From assembly GCA_012813795.1 (NCBI GenBank), contig GCA_012813795.1_4087.1: DNA of 64,000 bases; one strand, written 5' to 3'. Position numbers and translations under genes: made by a program. The DNA comes from a phage. A model generated the notes under the pieces. It saw nothing but the letters and a program-made list of their open reading frames with translations. It had not been told where the DNA came from and did no database searches. This document shows, piece by piece, positions 26,270 through 35,681 of the stretch. Every line of letters begins with the position of its first letter. Position 1 is the stretch's first letter.

Positions 26270-26299
26270 AGTTATAATACTCTCCTTATTAAATTAATA

Positions 26300-26328
26300 T
26301 AGGGGATTATAAGAATCCCCTTTTTTGT
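26300..26328. terminator. Hairpin-plus-T-tract terminator candidate, orientation ambiguous
   Basis: Stem ggggatt/aatcccc (26303-26321) followed on the plus strand by tttttt; lies between two minus-strand genes. Confidence 0.4.
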
Positions 26329-26329
26329 A

Positions 26330-26932
26330 TTACAGCTTAGGATAGCTTAGTAAATCATACTCAGCACTAACGCTGGTGACATTATCACTTACAATTTTGA
26401 AGATAGAATCGGTGCGGTCAACCATCTTAACACCTGTTTCTTTTTGAACTTCAATATATGCTTGCATAGCTGCAATTGCATGATATGTCCCACTACCTAC
26501 TGACGTAATTTGAGTCTTCGGCTGGAGTACTGAAAAATCCCCTTGAACTTCATAAATTGTATGATTGTGGAGAATAATAAACTGTCCACCACCAACGTCT
26601 TGAGTTGTATCACGAGCACCCCATTCTTCTTTAAAGAGTGTGCGAATACGTGGGATTACCTCAAGTACTAAGTACTGTGAGAATGTTTGGTTTGATTGCT
26701 GTTCAGGTAAATCAAGTTTATACGTCAGCAATTGTCCCATGCGGAAGCTCGACGTGTATCCCATTGCCATAACTTCTTTGGTGCGATTCAATCCACTTTC
26801 ATCGATTTTGATGAATTCTTTTTCAAACACTTTTGGTTCAGTTTGAATTGCTTTAGTGAAACCATTACTACCCAGTTTGTCACCAGCGATAAAAGATGTG
26901 TTACCATCAGTATAAGCAATAATACAAGTCAT
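26330..26932 (-). CDS. HslV/proteasome-beta-like Ntn hydrolase
   Basis: N-terminus MTCIIAYTDGNTSFIAGD (Thr after Met, then IAGD) and later VGSGTYHAIAAMQA resemble HslV TTIVSV ... IAGD and IGSGGPYAQAAA. Confidence 0.55.
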   Translation of the reverse strand: MTCIIAYTDGNTSFIAGDKLGSNGFTKAIQTEPKVFEKEFIKIDESGLNRTKEVMAMGYTSSFRMGQLLTYKLDLPEQQSNQTFSQYLVLEVIPRIRTLFKEEWGARDTTQDVGGGQFIILHNHTIYEVQGDFSVLQPKTQITSVGSGTYHAIAAMQAYIEVQKETGVKMVDRTDSIFKIVSDNVTSVSAEYDLLSYPKL

Positions 26933-26943
26933 TGATATCTCCG

Positions 26944-27207
26944 TTATAAAAGGTGTGTTACATCTAAGATTGTGTACATGAAATACAATAGTAAACCCAA
27001 AATTATGAGTAAAATTGTATACGAAATTTTAAAGAAATAATAAAAGTACTTTTCAGTTTTAGAAGAAAACTCACCATTTTCTTCAAGAAAACCACTCTTA
27101 AAATCACTTGCCATAATCACTGATAAAAGAACAATGATTCCATATGTAACTATAGTAGCATAGAAGATGAACTCTGTCCAGCCTTGAAGATGTGATAATT
27201 CTGTCAT
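26944..27207 (-). CDS. Small membrane protein
   Basis: Two hydrophobic helices. Confidence 0.45.
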   Translation of the reverse strand: MTELSHLQGWTEFIFYATIVTYGIIVLLSVIMASDFKSGFLEENGEFSSKTEKYFYYFFKISYTILLIILGLLLYFMYTILDVTHLL

Positions 27208-27333
27208 TTTTTGTTTCCTTGGTTGTTAATGTACAACCATTATATCTTAAAATCGGGTGGCAGTACACCACCCTTAACCAAAATCATGAATTAGTATTAG
27301 GATTATATCATTGCTTCATAAAAAATACAACTT

Positions 27334-27939
27334 TTATTGAATAATTCCCCATTTAACTAGATCTGTTCTTCGTAAGACAACGATATCCTCACCATGTTTA
27401 GTACTGATATCAATGAGTGTTTCAGCGGGGATACCGTTATGTGCGTACAGTGTAAAAAGATACCCAACTTTAGTTGAGACTTGATGTGTAAACTCCATCA
27501 ACTGTCTAACTGAAACGAATGTAGTATCTGGATCTGCACCATTCGTAGATACCAGTGAGATGTTATGTAAACCCATCACTGCGGTATCACTCATATCCCT
27601 ACGTTCAGTTGATGCAGAGAAAAAAACCAGACTACAAGACGAATTACATTGCTTTGGGACATAAACAGTTAACTTTTTAGCAGCCACAAACAATCCCAAA
27701 TCTAATCCTGCATCAAAATCTCCACCTGGTGATGTAATTGTTAAAATTTTAAATCTTGTTTCTTTCCACAACTTCTTCACTTCTTGTACAGTTTCATCAT
27801 TTAGTTCACCATCAATTGACACAACATGTTCATTTAATAGAAAAACAGATGATTTTTTTGAAACTTCTGCCGCTGCCGGAAAGTTTAATGCAGCGATTAA
27901 AACAACGGTTTGTACAATCTCTTTCAAGATTCGTTTCAT
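27334..27939 (-). CDS. Signal-peptide-bearing ClpP/NfeD-fold serine peptidase-like protein
   Basis: N-terminal signal peptide (LIAALNFPAAAEV) then ITSPGGDFDAGLDL resembling the ClpP-family SPGG oxyanion motif. Confidence 0.45.
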   Translation of the reverse strand: MKRILKEIVQTVVLIAALNFPAAAEVSKKSSVFLLNEHVVSIDGELNDETVQEVKKLWKETRFKILTITSPGGDFDAGLDLGLFVAAKKLTVYVPKQCNSSCSLVFFSASTERRDMSDTAVMGLHNISLVSTNGADPDTTFVSVRQLMEFTHQVSTKVGYLFTLYAHNGIPAETLIDISTKHGEDIVVLRRTDLVKWGIIQ

Positions 27940-28083
27940 TTATTACCTCGGATTTGAGTTAAGGAACATAAATAATAGTATAATAATTGATCAATTATGT
28001 CAAGTACAAAACTGAACAATTATGACTGTAGTATCAAGTGTTTTTGTTAAGTTCATTGATTTACCAATTGACCATTTGAACTA

Positions 28084-28096
28084 TGGTATCATATTG
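28084..28096 (+). promoter_or_regulatory. Possible extended -10 promoter for the plus-strand Ig-like cassette
   Basis: TGgTATCAT at 28084-28092 about 45 nt upstream of ATG 28139; in the 200-bp divergent intergenic region. Confidence 0.25.
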
Positions 28097-28138
28097 GGAG
28101 GCAGTTTGCAATCCCATTTTTTAAGGTAAGGAGATGTT

Positions 28139-31100
28139 ATGAAACCAATAGCTGGCTTAGATCAATTTCCATTTGTTATAGGTGGATTGCAGGTTACTGC
28201 TGCAAAGATAGAAGGGCAAGTATTTGTTAAAGAATTGTATGTTATAAAACAAAGAACATTCGATTCGTATGATTTGATATCTGAAAATTTCAAGATTTAC
28301 AAAGATATAAAAATCACAGGTAGAAATAAAGATAAATCAACATTGACGTATGATGATGACGATGCTGAAATTGCTAAATCTTTAGCAAATAATACATTTT
28401 GCATAAAAGAATCTGATGATTTTAACAAAAAATATGGTTTTGGTATACAATATCAATTGAATAAAATAAAATTACATAATGGTGAAGTGATATTTAGACA
28501 ATCCTCAATTCGACCATCAGTACTTAATGGTGTTTTCATTACACCGAGTTCATTTGAGATTGATGTTGGTCAACAACAAGTATTTGACGCGATATATGAT
28601 CCACAAAGTTGGATTAATAAAAATGGTACTTGGGATTATGATAAATCAGTTTTTGATGTGGTTTCTTTTACACAAACATCAATCACACTTCTCGCTAAAC
28701 AAGATGCCATTAATACAGAAATAAAATATTCACCTACTGGACGAGAAATAAATCGCATAGCAGTCAGTATAGGTTCAGTAGTAGATAACACTTCTATAAT
28801 TAAAAACATTTCAATAACACCTAATGTCATAAATTCCAAATTATCTGAAGATTTTACAGTTAATGTAGTTTATGATCCTATCAAATATAAATTCAAATCA
28901 GGTAAATGGTCTGTCAGTGATACATCAGTACTACAATTTGTTTCTGGTGATGGTGAAACTGCGACATTTAAACCTATCAGCGTTGGTTCTTCCACAATAA
29001 CATTCACATTAGATAAAGATAGTACAAAAACTGCAACTGCATCAGTTGAAGTATCTTATGCAGATTTAAAATCCGTCACAATATCACCAGAAAATGTAAC
29101 TGGTACTATAGGTGAAACTGGTAGTATTTCAATAAGTTATGTACCAGATAATGCACAAAAAGGTGGTTCATGGGCTATTTCTGATAAATTAATACTAAAA
29201 GAATTATCATCGACAATATCAGAATTTGATTATGAATTGGTTGGTAATGGAACAACATATGCTACATTCGTCCCATTAGCTAATTATGATGGTTCAATGA
29301 TAACTGCTAAATTTGATGTTAACTATTCAAAACTTGAAAACATTGTTCTTACACCTTCATCAGTTAGTAATCTAGTTCCAGGCGACACAGGAAAAATTAG
29401 TATTGAATATACACCAAGTACTGTTGAAACTGGTGGTACATGGTCATTCAATCCAACTGGTGTAATAGAACAAGATCTCAGCAAAAGTACGAGTACTGAA
29501 ATGTATTATAATGTATTAATCCCAGGTACATCAACTGCAACATTCCACCCAACTGCGTCATATGATGGAACTCCTAAAACTGTTTCATTTGAAGTTGGGA
29601 ATTCCGAGTTAACTGGTATTACGCTAACACCTACTACATCAACCGTAAAAATTGGTGATGATTTCTATATTGATATTACATATGAACCAAACACTGCTCT
29701 ACATGAAGGTACATGGAATACATCAGATTTTGAGAAATATGTAACACTCGAATCAGATAGTACACCTGATCGTGCACATTTTAAAGCTATAGGTGTGATT
29801 GATTCTGTTAATCTGACATATTCAAAAGGAACAATTAGTGCAACTAACAAATGTGCAGTTAATTATTCTGATTTAAAATCTATCACATTAAGTCCAACTG
29901 CAACATATGCTAAACTTGGTGATGATTTCTATGTAGATATTGCATATGATCCAGACACAGCACAACACACGGGTTCATGGAATACATCAGATTTTGAGAA
30001 ATATGTAACACTAGAATCAGATAGTACACCTGACCGTGCACACTTCAAAGCAATTGATTTAGTTGATGAAGTTGATTTGGTATATTCGAATGGTAATATA
30101 AGTGATACGAATTATTGTGGAGTTAGTCGTCCACCATTAATTTCAGTTTCATTGTCACCTTCTTCTGAAAAAGTTAAAGTTGGTGATTCCTTTAATGTGA
30201 AGATTACATATAACCCTAATACTGCTCAACATTACGGTGAATGGAATTTGGATGAAATAAAAGAATATCTTACATATGATTCGGATCTTAGTGTTTATGA
30301 TGTGGCTGTGTTTGATGTTATTAAACGTTCTGAAACACCAATAGAATTGAAATTTACAAGTGCAGGTAAAACTGCAACAAACACTTGTGAATTTGAAGAA
30401 GCTGTGTTAACCGGAATTTCATTGAAAATACAAGAAAATACGCCAATATACGACAGCCTATATGTTGTACCATATAAAGGTGACATATATATTGATGTTC
30501 TACCTATTCCAGCCGACGCAAAATTACCAGACGATATTGGAACCATCACTGATAATACGGGATTATATGATTTAACGTTTTTTGATTTTTTGAGTTTTAA
30601 TAAAGAAAAAAGTACAAATCACCGTTTGTATTTTGATTTTGTTTCATCATTTGATGAGTATATGTATTTTATTGAGGAATCTTCAAAAGGATTAATATTC
30701 ACATATACACTGTCTAATGGTATGACGGTAGACTCACCGGCAATGGTAACAAATTTTCCAGAACTGACGAAAGTCACCCTTGTGCCATCATCTGGAAAAT
30801 GTGATGTTAACTCAATAATAAAATGCGAGGCAACACTTGATAATGGTATGTCAACTTATTATATTAATCCGTTGAGTACTTATACAAGTGAACACGAGGA
30901 TTATTTGGTAATTGAAGATAGAACATCCTTTCAGCCGTTTGATGAATTCCTTGAACCAATTGAAATTGTAGGTAAACTTCCAACAAATATATATGTACCA
31001 GATGGTAATTACGTATATTTCACATATACACTATCAACCACACCTGCCCAACCGTTGATTGATTATAATATTTACATATATGATAGTAATGAATGTATAA

Positions 31101-31426
31101 AAGGACGTATAAAAAATCCAACAGACGTAGTTAACATAAAATATATGAATGTCTTTTTCTTTGACATAGAGAATAATCCACCAAATGCTTTATATAGAGG
31201 AAAAATGGAAGGTGGTATTCCTGTTACGTTTCAATATGACACCCAAAATTCTAGATTAAATTCGTATACTTATATGGTACAGGGGGTAACTGATGGACCA
31301 ATAACTCTAAAATACACTTCATCTGCTACTGGTGTTATTAGAACTGCACAAGTTGATGTTACTGGACCAATGACTGATGATAGTAATAAAACTGATGAGG
31401 GGGGTGATGGTGATTTACTTAAATGA
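28139..31426 (+). CDS. Giant Ig-like (Big_2/Hoc-like) repeat protein 1
   Basis: 1095 aa built from ~85-90-aa repeats with Y.DLKS ... GD.FY.DI.Y.PDTA.H.G.W ... F.A pattern; AAGGAGA upstream; two near-identical 264-bp tandem DNA repeats inside. Confidence 0.65.
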   Translation: MKPIAGLDQFPFVIGGLQVTAAKIEGQVFVKELYVIKQRTFDSYDLISENFKIYKDIKITGRNKDKSTLTYDDDDAEIAKSLANNTFCIKESDDFNKKYGFGIQYQLNKIKLHNGEVIFRQSSIRPSVLNGVFITPSSFEIDVGQQQVFDAIYDPQSWINKNGTWDYDKSVFDVVSFTQTSITLLAKQDAINTEIKYSPTGREINRIAVSIGSVVDNTSIIKNISITPNVINSKLSEDFTVNVVYDPIKYKFKSGKWSVSDTSVLQFVSGDGETATFKPISVGSSTITFTLDKDSTKTATASVEVSYADLKSVTISPENVTGTIGETGSISISYVPDNAQKGGSWAISDKLILKELSSTISEFDYELVGNGTTYATFVPLANYDGSMITAKFDVNYSKLENIVLTPSSVSNLVPGDTGKISIEYTPSTVETGGTWSFNPTGVIEQDLSKSTSTEMYYNVLIPGTSTATFHPTASYDGTPKTVSFEVGNSELTGITLTPTTSTVKIGDDFYIDITYEPNTALHEGTWNTSDFEKYVTLESDSTPDRAHFKAIGVIDSVNLTYSKGTISATNKCAVNYSDLKSITLSPTATYAKLGDDFYVDIAYDPDTAQHTGSWNTSDFEKYVTLESDSTPDRAHFKAIDLVDEVDLVYSNGNISDTNYCGVSRPPLISVSLSPSSEKVKVGDSFNVKITYNPNTAQHYGEWNLDEIKEYLTYDSDLSVYDVAVFDVIKRSETPIELKFTSAGKTATNTCEFEEAVLTGISLKIQENTPIYDSLYVVPYKGDIYIDVLPIPADAKLPDDIGTITDNTGLYDLTFFDFLSFNKEKSTNHRLYFDFVSSFDEYMYFIEESSKGLIFTYTLSNGMTVDSPAMVTNFPELTKVTLVPSSGKCDVNSIIKCEATLDNGMSTYYINPLSTYTSEHEDYLVIEDRTSFQPFDEFLEPIEIVGKLPTNIYVPDGNYVYFTYTLSTTPAQPLIDYNIYIYDSNECIKGRIKNPTDVVNIKYMNVFFFDIENNPPNALYRGKMEGGIPVTFQYDTQNSRLNSYTYMVQGVTDGPITLKYTSSATGVIRTAQVDVTGPMTDDSNKTDEGGDGDLLK

Positions 31427-31462
31427 TTATAAATTAATTTTAATGCTAAGGAGAAATATTTT

Positions 31463-33982
31463 ATGGCAGAATTAAAATCAATTAGATTTAACAATAATGG
31501 TGTTGTAAACAGCACCATTTATAAAACCAGTACTATAACGGTTACATATGACCCAGTTGATTGGTATGATCAAACTGGGAAATGGGTATATGATAGTACG
31601 TATATTAAAGTGTTGTATAGGAGTGGTGAGAAACTTATTTTCAAAACACTCAAAGAAGGAAACACAAATATATCATTTTCACCAACTAATTATGATTCTT
31701 TAAAACAAACGTGTACTGTTGATATTCATACCGATACAGTTCAAAGTATCTCATTGAATCCAACTGAAAACATGTTGAAGTATAGTTCTGAATTTGAAAT
31801 CGATGTCACTTATAACCCACCAATTGGCACGGATCTTCCAACATGGACATATGATAAAAATGTTTTAACATATGATGCTGAAAAAAGTACAAGGGATAAA
31901 GCTTTCTTTAAAGTAAATTCTAGTGTTTTAAGTCCAGTATCAGGTAAGATTACATGTACGTATGGTGTAGATTTATCAGCGGAAAGTTTTTATTACGTGT
32001 CCGAAAACCCCGCATCACGTGTAAAATTGTCTCCTGATACATCAAACGTACTACTTGGTGATACGTTCTCAGTTAATATTTTATATGATCCACTTGGGTG
32101 TGATAAAACTGGTGTATGGAGTTACGATGATACATGTCTTGAATACAACGAATCACGCTCAACTTCTGATGTTGCATATTTTAAAGCAATTAAAACACCA
32201 GAAGGAAATAATGACACGTTAAAATTAACATATAAATGTGCATCATCCGTGTCCGATTCAACAACGTGTACAATATCATATGATCCATTGCAATCAGTTA
32301 AATTGACAACAATCCCAGCTTCATTGAATCCAGATGCAATGATAAACGTAAAAGCTGGGGATGGGTTTAGTGTTAAGGTCACATATGTCCCAGACACCGC
32401 CAGACATGATGGTGTTTTGAATTTTAACCCACTATATTTCACCTATGAAAAAGACCAATCTGCACAAGACACTTTTTTAATCACACCAATTCTACCATCT
32501 ATAGACACTGATGAACCTGTGCAGCCGATATCTTTTACTTCTAACGGGATTATATCAAATATACTCAATTTCACAATAGATTATTCTGACCTTGTTTCGG
32601 TATCTTTTGACCCACCAGAAGTTAATACAACCGCTGGTTCTGTATTTGGTGTAACTGTGATTTATAATCCAAGCACAGCTAAAAATGACGGTGAATGGAA
32701 CATTGCTAATGTTCTGGATTATATTAAAAAAGGAACAACAGTCGGTGATTCAACTTCATTCCAATCTTTGAAAGCCACAGTTGATAGTGATGGAAACCCA
32801 TCAAGTATAGATATGGTTTACAAAAGTGGTTATATCAGTACACCTATTAAATGTAACATTGATTATAGTGAGTTGAAATCTATTAATGTAAAATGTGATC
32901 CGTCATATCCACTGAATACTTCTCTTGGGATAATAGCAACATATACACCAGACACCGCAAAACATGATGGTGTATGGACATGTTCATCAGATTTAATTCC
33001 AGGTGCATCTACTCCAGATCTTGGGTCATTCCGTACAGGTAAATTAGTAAATGCAAAAAGTGTAGTTACTGTAACATCTAAATCCAATAAAGATATTGGT
33101 GCATCATGTGGATTTACCTCAACTTATTCTAAGTTAAAAGGTATAACAGTAACACCACTTGGAACAACAACAGTTAAACCTGGTGATTCATTTGGTATAC
33201 AAATATCGTATAATCCAAACACTGCACAGCATCTTGGTATGTATAATTGGGATTTTAACCCTGATTATTTTGAATATAACTATGAGTTGTCAGAGCCAAA
33301 CAAAGATATACAATATTTTAATGCTTTATTACCCACACCAGAAGAAGGTTCAGTACTAACATGTCTCCCACCTGAAGGGTCTGGTGCTACATCTGGTAAA
33401 TGTGTAATAACCGTTAGTTATCCTCCAATCAAATCAGTGTCTATTGAACCACCTGAATCAACTCATAAATTTGGTGATGTGTTCAACCTTATCGTGAAAT
33501 ATGATCCAGATACAGCAAGAAAAATGGGTACATGGGAATATGATAAAGATCGAATAGCATTAGTTAATCCGGTAACCGACCTTAACGATCAAGCAACATT
33601 TTATGTTATCAATAACGGTATAGGTGGAGAAACGGATATATCATATTCATATTATCCAGGCGTAACTGCAACACATAAGTGTACTGTAGAATATGAAAAC
33701 TTGGATACCCTAAGTTTAGTTCCTCCAAGAATCAAGAAAAAACCAGGTAATACTTTCTATATAAAAATCATATACACACCAGATGGTGCATTACATGATG
33801 GTACATGGACATACAATAAAACTGTATTTGAATATACACAGGAAAGTACTAAAGATTTGGGAGTTTTTAAAATTTCCGACACTGCTCCTGAAGGTGCATA
33901 CCAATTATCATATCAACCAAAAACTGCTGATCCAGATCAAACATTCCCACCTGTAATTTTACAATGCACTATTACAAAATAA
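31463..33982 (+). CDS. Giant Ig-like repeat protein 2
   Basis: 839 aa with the same repeat signature (YNPNTAQHLGMYNWD, YTPDTAKHDGVWT); AAGGAGA upstream. Confidence 0.65.
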   Translation: MAELKSIRFNNNGVVNSTIYKTSTITVTYDPVDWYDQTGKWVYDSTYIKVLYRSGEKLIFKTLKEGNTNISFSPTNYDSLKQTCTVDIHTDTVQSISLNPTENMLKYSSEFEIDVTYNPPIGTDLPTWTYDKNVLTYDAEKSTRDKAFFKVNSSVLSPVSGKITCTYGVDLSAESFYYVSENPASRVKLSPDTSNVLLGDTFSVNILYDPLGCDKTGVWSYDDTCLEYNESRSTSDVAYFKAIKTPEGNNDTLKLTYKCASSVSDSTTCTISYDPLQSVKLTTIPASLNPDAMINVKAGDGFSVKVTYVPDTARHDGVLNFNPLYFTYEKDQSAQDTFLITPILPSIDTDEPVQPISFTSNGIISNILNFTIDYSDLVSVSFDPPEVNTTAGSVFGVTVIYNPSTAKNDGEWNIANVLDYIKKGTTVGDSTSFQSLKATVDSDGNPSSIDMVYKSGYISTPIKCNIDYSELKSINVKCDPSYPLNTSLGIIATYTPDTAKHDGVWTCSSDLIPGASTPDLGSFRTGKLVNAKSVVTVTSKSNKDIGASCGFTSTYSKLKGITVTPLGTTTVKPGDSFGIQISYNPNTAQHLGMYNWDFNPDYFEYNYELSEPNKDIQYFNALLPTPEEGSVLTCLPPEGSGATSGKCVITVSYPPIKSVSIEPPESTHKFGDVFNLIVKYDPDTARKMGTWEYDKDRIALVNPVTDLNDQATFYVINNGIGGETDISYSYYPGVTATHKCTVEYENLDTLSLVPPRIKKKPGNTFYIKIIYTPDGALHDGTWTYNKTVFEYTQESTKDLGVFKISDTAPEGAYQLSYQPKTADPDQTFPPVILQCTITK

Positions 33983-34052
33983 TAGACTGAAATTACTTTA
34001 CAAAAAAAATGTGGTTGAATATTCAACCACATAATAAGAAGGAAACATAATT

Positions 34053-35678
34053 ATGATAGAAGATTCAAAAAATCTTATTTCAGTTAGTTTAAACAAAAGA
34101 ACTATTAGAACTTCTGTTCGTGATGTTAACACATTATATGTTAGTTTTAATCCACCTGACTATATTAATCAGGTTGGAACATGGACATATGATGAACAGT
34201 ATATTGAAATGATCACACAAGATAATTTGGTTTTTGTTTTTAAATCTATAAAAAGTGGTGTAACCACCATAACATACACACCACGTGATAATAAAGCATT
34301 ATCGAAGAATTGTATAGTTAATATTGAAAAAATACCATTATCATCAATTAGTCTTAACCCAAATTATATAACTTTATACAAAGGTCAAACTTTTGATATT
34401 GATATATCATATATCCCAGATGGAGCAGTTCATTCGGGTAATTGGAGTAATTTAAACAATGATATATTGTATATAGGTCAACAAAGTACACCTGATAAAT
34501 CAAGAATGCAAGTACTAACAACTGATGCTAAGATGATAACTTTATATTATACCAGTGGCGAAATATCAGTTCCTTTGAATTGTACTATATTGAACAACCC
34601 AGCAGATGAAATTATTTTCGATCCACCATCACCAATTAATGTAACAGTTGGTGAGAGTTTTTTTGTAAACATAAACTATGCACCAGAAAATGCGGATAAG
34701 GTTGGATTCTGGGAATATGATGATTCAGTACTGATGTTATTGAATGATAGTGATAAGGCATCCAGTGCACATTTTGTGGCTACCAAAAAAACCACATCAA
34801 CTGGAACTGAACTTAAATTCCGTTCAGGTGATGTGTACTCAACGTTACAGTGCTTTATAACTCCTGGTGTTTTAGATTTATTAACATTAACACCTAGTTA
34901 TGAAACGGTGGTTGTTGGTGACGCGTTTGACATTGGAATAACCTATTACCCAGAAGACATAATTCACAAAGGTATATGGGAATATGATTCTACATATTTC
35001 AAAAAAATGTTCGATGACTCAAATACTGCAACATTTAGATTAATCAAAAAATCCGACATACCATTAAAATTAAGATATATCTCTTATGGGAGAGCATTTA
35101 ATAATATATGCACTACTGTTGAAAATGGTGATTTAGTTTCATTACAATTAAACCCTAATTCCGAATCAGTTGAGGTTGGTAAAAGTTTTGATATCGCAAT
35201 AACATATAAACCTGATAATGCTTTACATAGTGGTATATGGGATTTCGATTCGGAATATATTAAATTGGAAAAATCAAGTACAGTGGATAAAGCAACATTT
35301 ACAGTACTGAAATATAATCCAAATCCATTAACATTAACTTATAAATCAGGTAAAACAACTGCAACAAACAAATGTATTACTGTAAAAAATACACCAGTAT
35401 TAAGTAGTATTAAAGTATCCCCAGAATCAACTGAAATGAAAGTTGGTGATACAGTATTATTATCAATTTCATACAACCCTAATACAGTAGAGCATATGGG
35501 AATGTGGTATTATGATAAAAAACTATTCAAATTAATAGACACAGGTCAAACACATGACTATGGTATATTTGAATGCTTGGCGGTGTCAGACGCAAAATCA
35601 CCAATAGTATTTTCAAGTGCTGGAAATGCTGATGCTTGTATTGTCACAACTAAAGAAAAAACAACTAAAGAGGATTAA
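34053..35678 (+). CDS. Giant Ig-like repeat protein 3
   Basis: 541 aa, same repeat signature (YIPDGAVHSGNW, YKPDNALHSGIW). Confidence 0.65.
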   Translation: MIEDSKNLISVSLNKRTIRTSVRDVNTLYVSFNPPDYINQVGTWTYDEQYIEMITQDNLVFVFKSIKSGVTTITYTPRDNKALSKNCIVNIEKIPLSSISLNPNYITLYKGQTFDIDISYIPDGAVHSGNWSNLNNDILYIGQQSTPDKSRMQVLTTDAKMITLYYTSGEISVPLNCTILNNPADEIIFDPPSPINVTVGESFFVNINYAPENADKVGFWEYDDSVLMLLNDSDKASSAHFVATKKTTSTGTELKFRSGDVYSTLQCFITPGVLDLLTLTPSYETVVVGDAFDIGITYYPEDIIHKGIWEYDSTYFKKMFDDSNTATFRLIKKSDIPLKLRYISYGRAFNNICTTVENGDLVSLQLNPNSESVEVGKSFDIAITYKPDNALHSGIWDFDSEYIKLEKSSTVDKATFTVLKYNPNPLTLTYKSGKTTATNKCITVKNTPVLSSIKVSPESTEMKVGDTVLLSISYNPNTVEHMGMWYYDKKLFKLIDTGQTHDYGIFECLAVSDAKSPIVFSSAGNADACIVTTKEKTTKED

Positions 35679-35681
35679 ATC

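Noticed and set aside
28068-28073. TTGACC as a -35 element for the Ig cassette promoter
   Set aside because: The only hexamer at proper 17-bp spacing downstream (ATATTG) is a poor -10; the extended -10 reading is kept at low confidence instead
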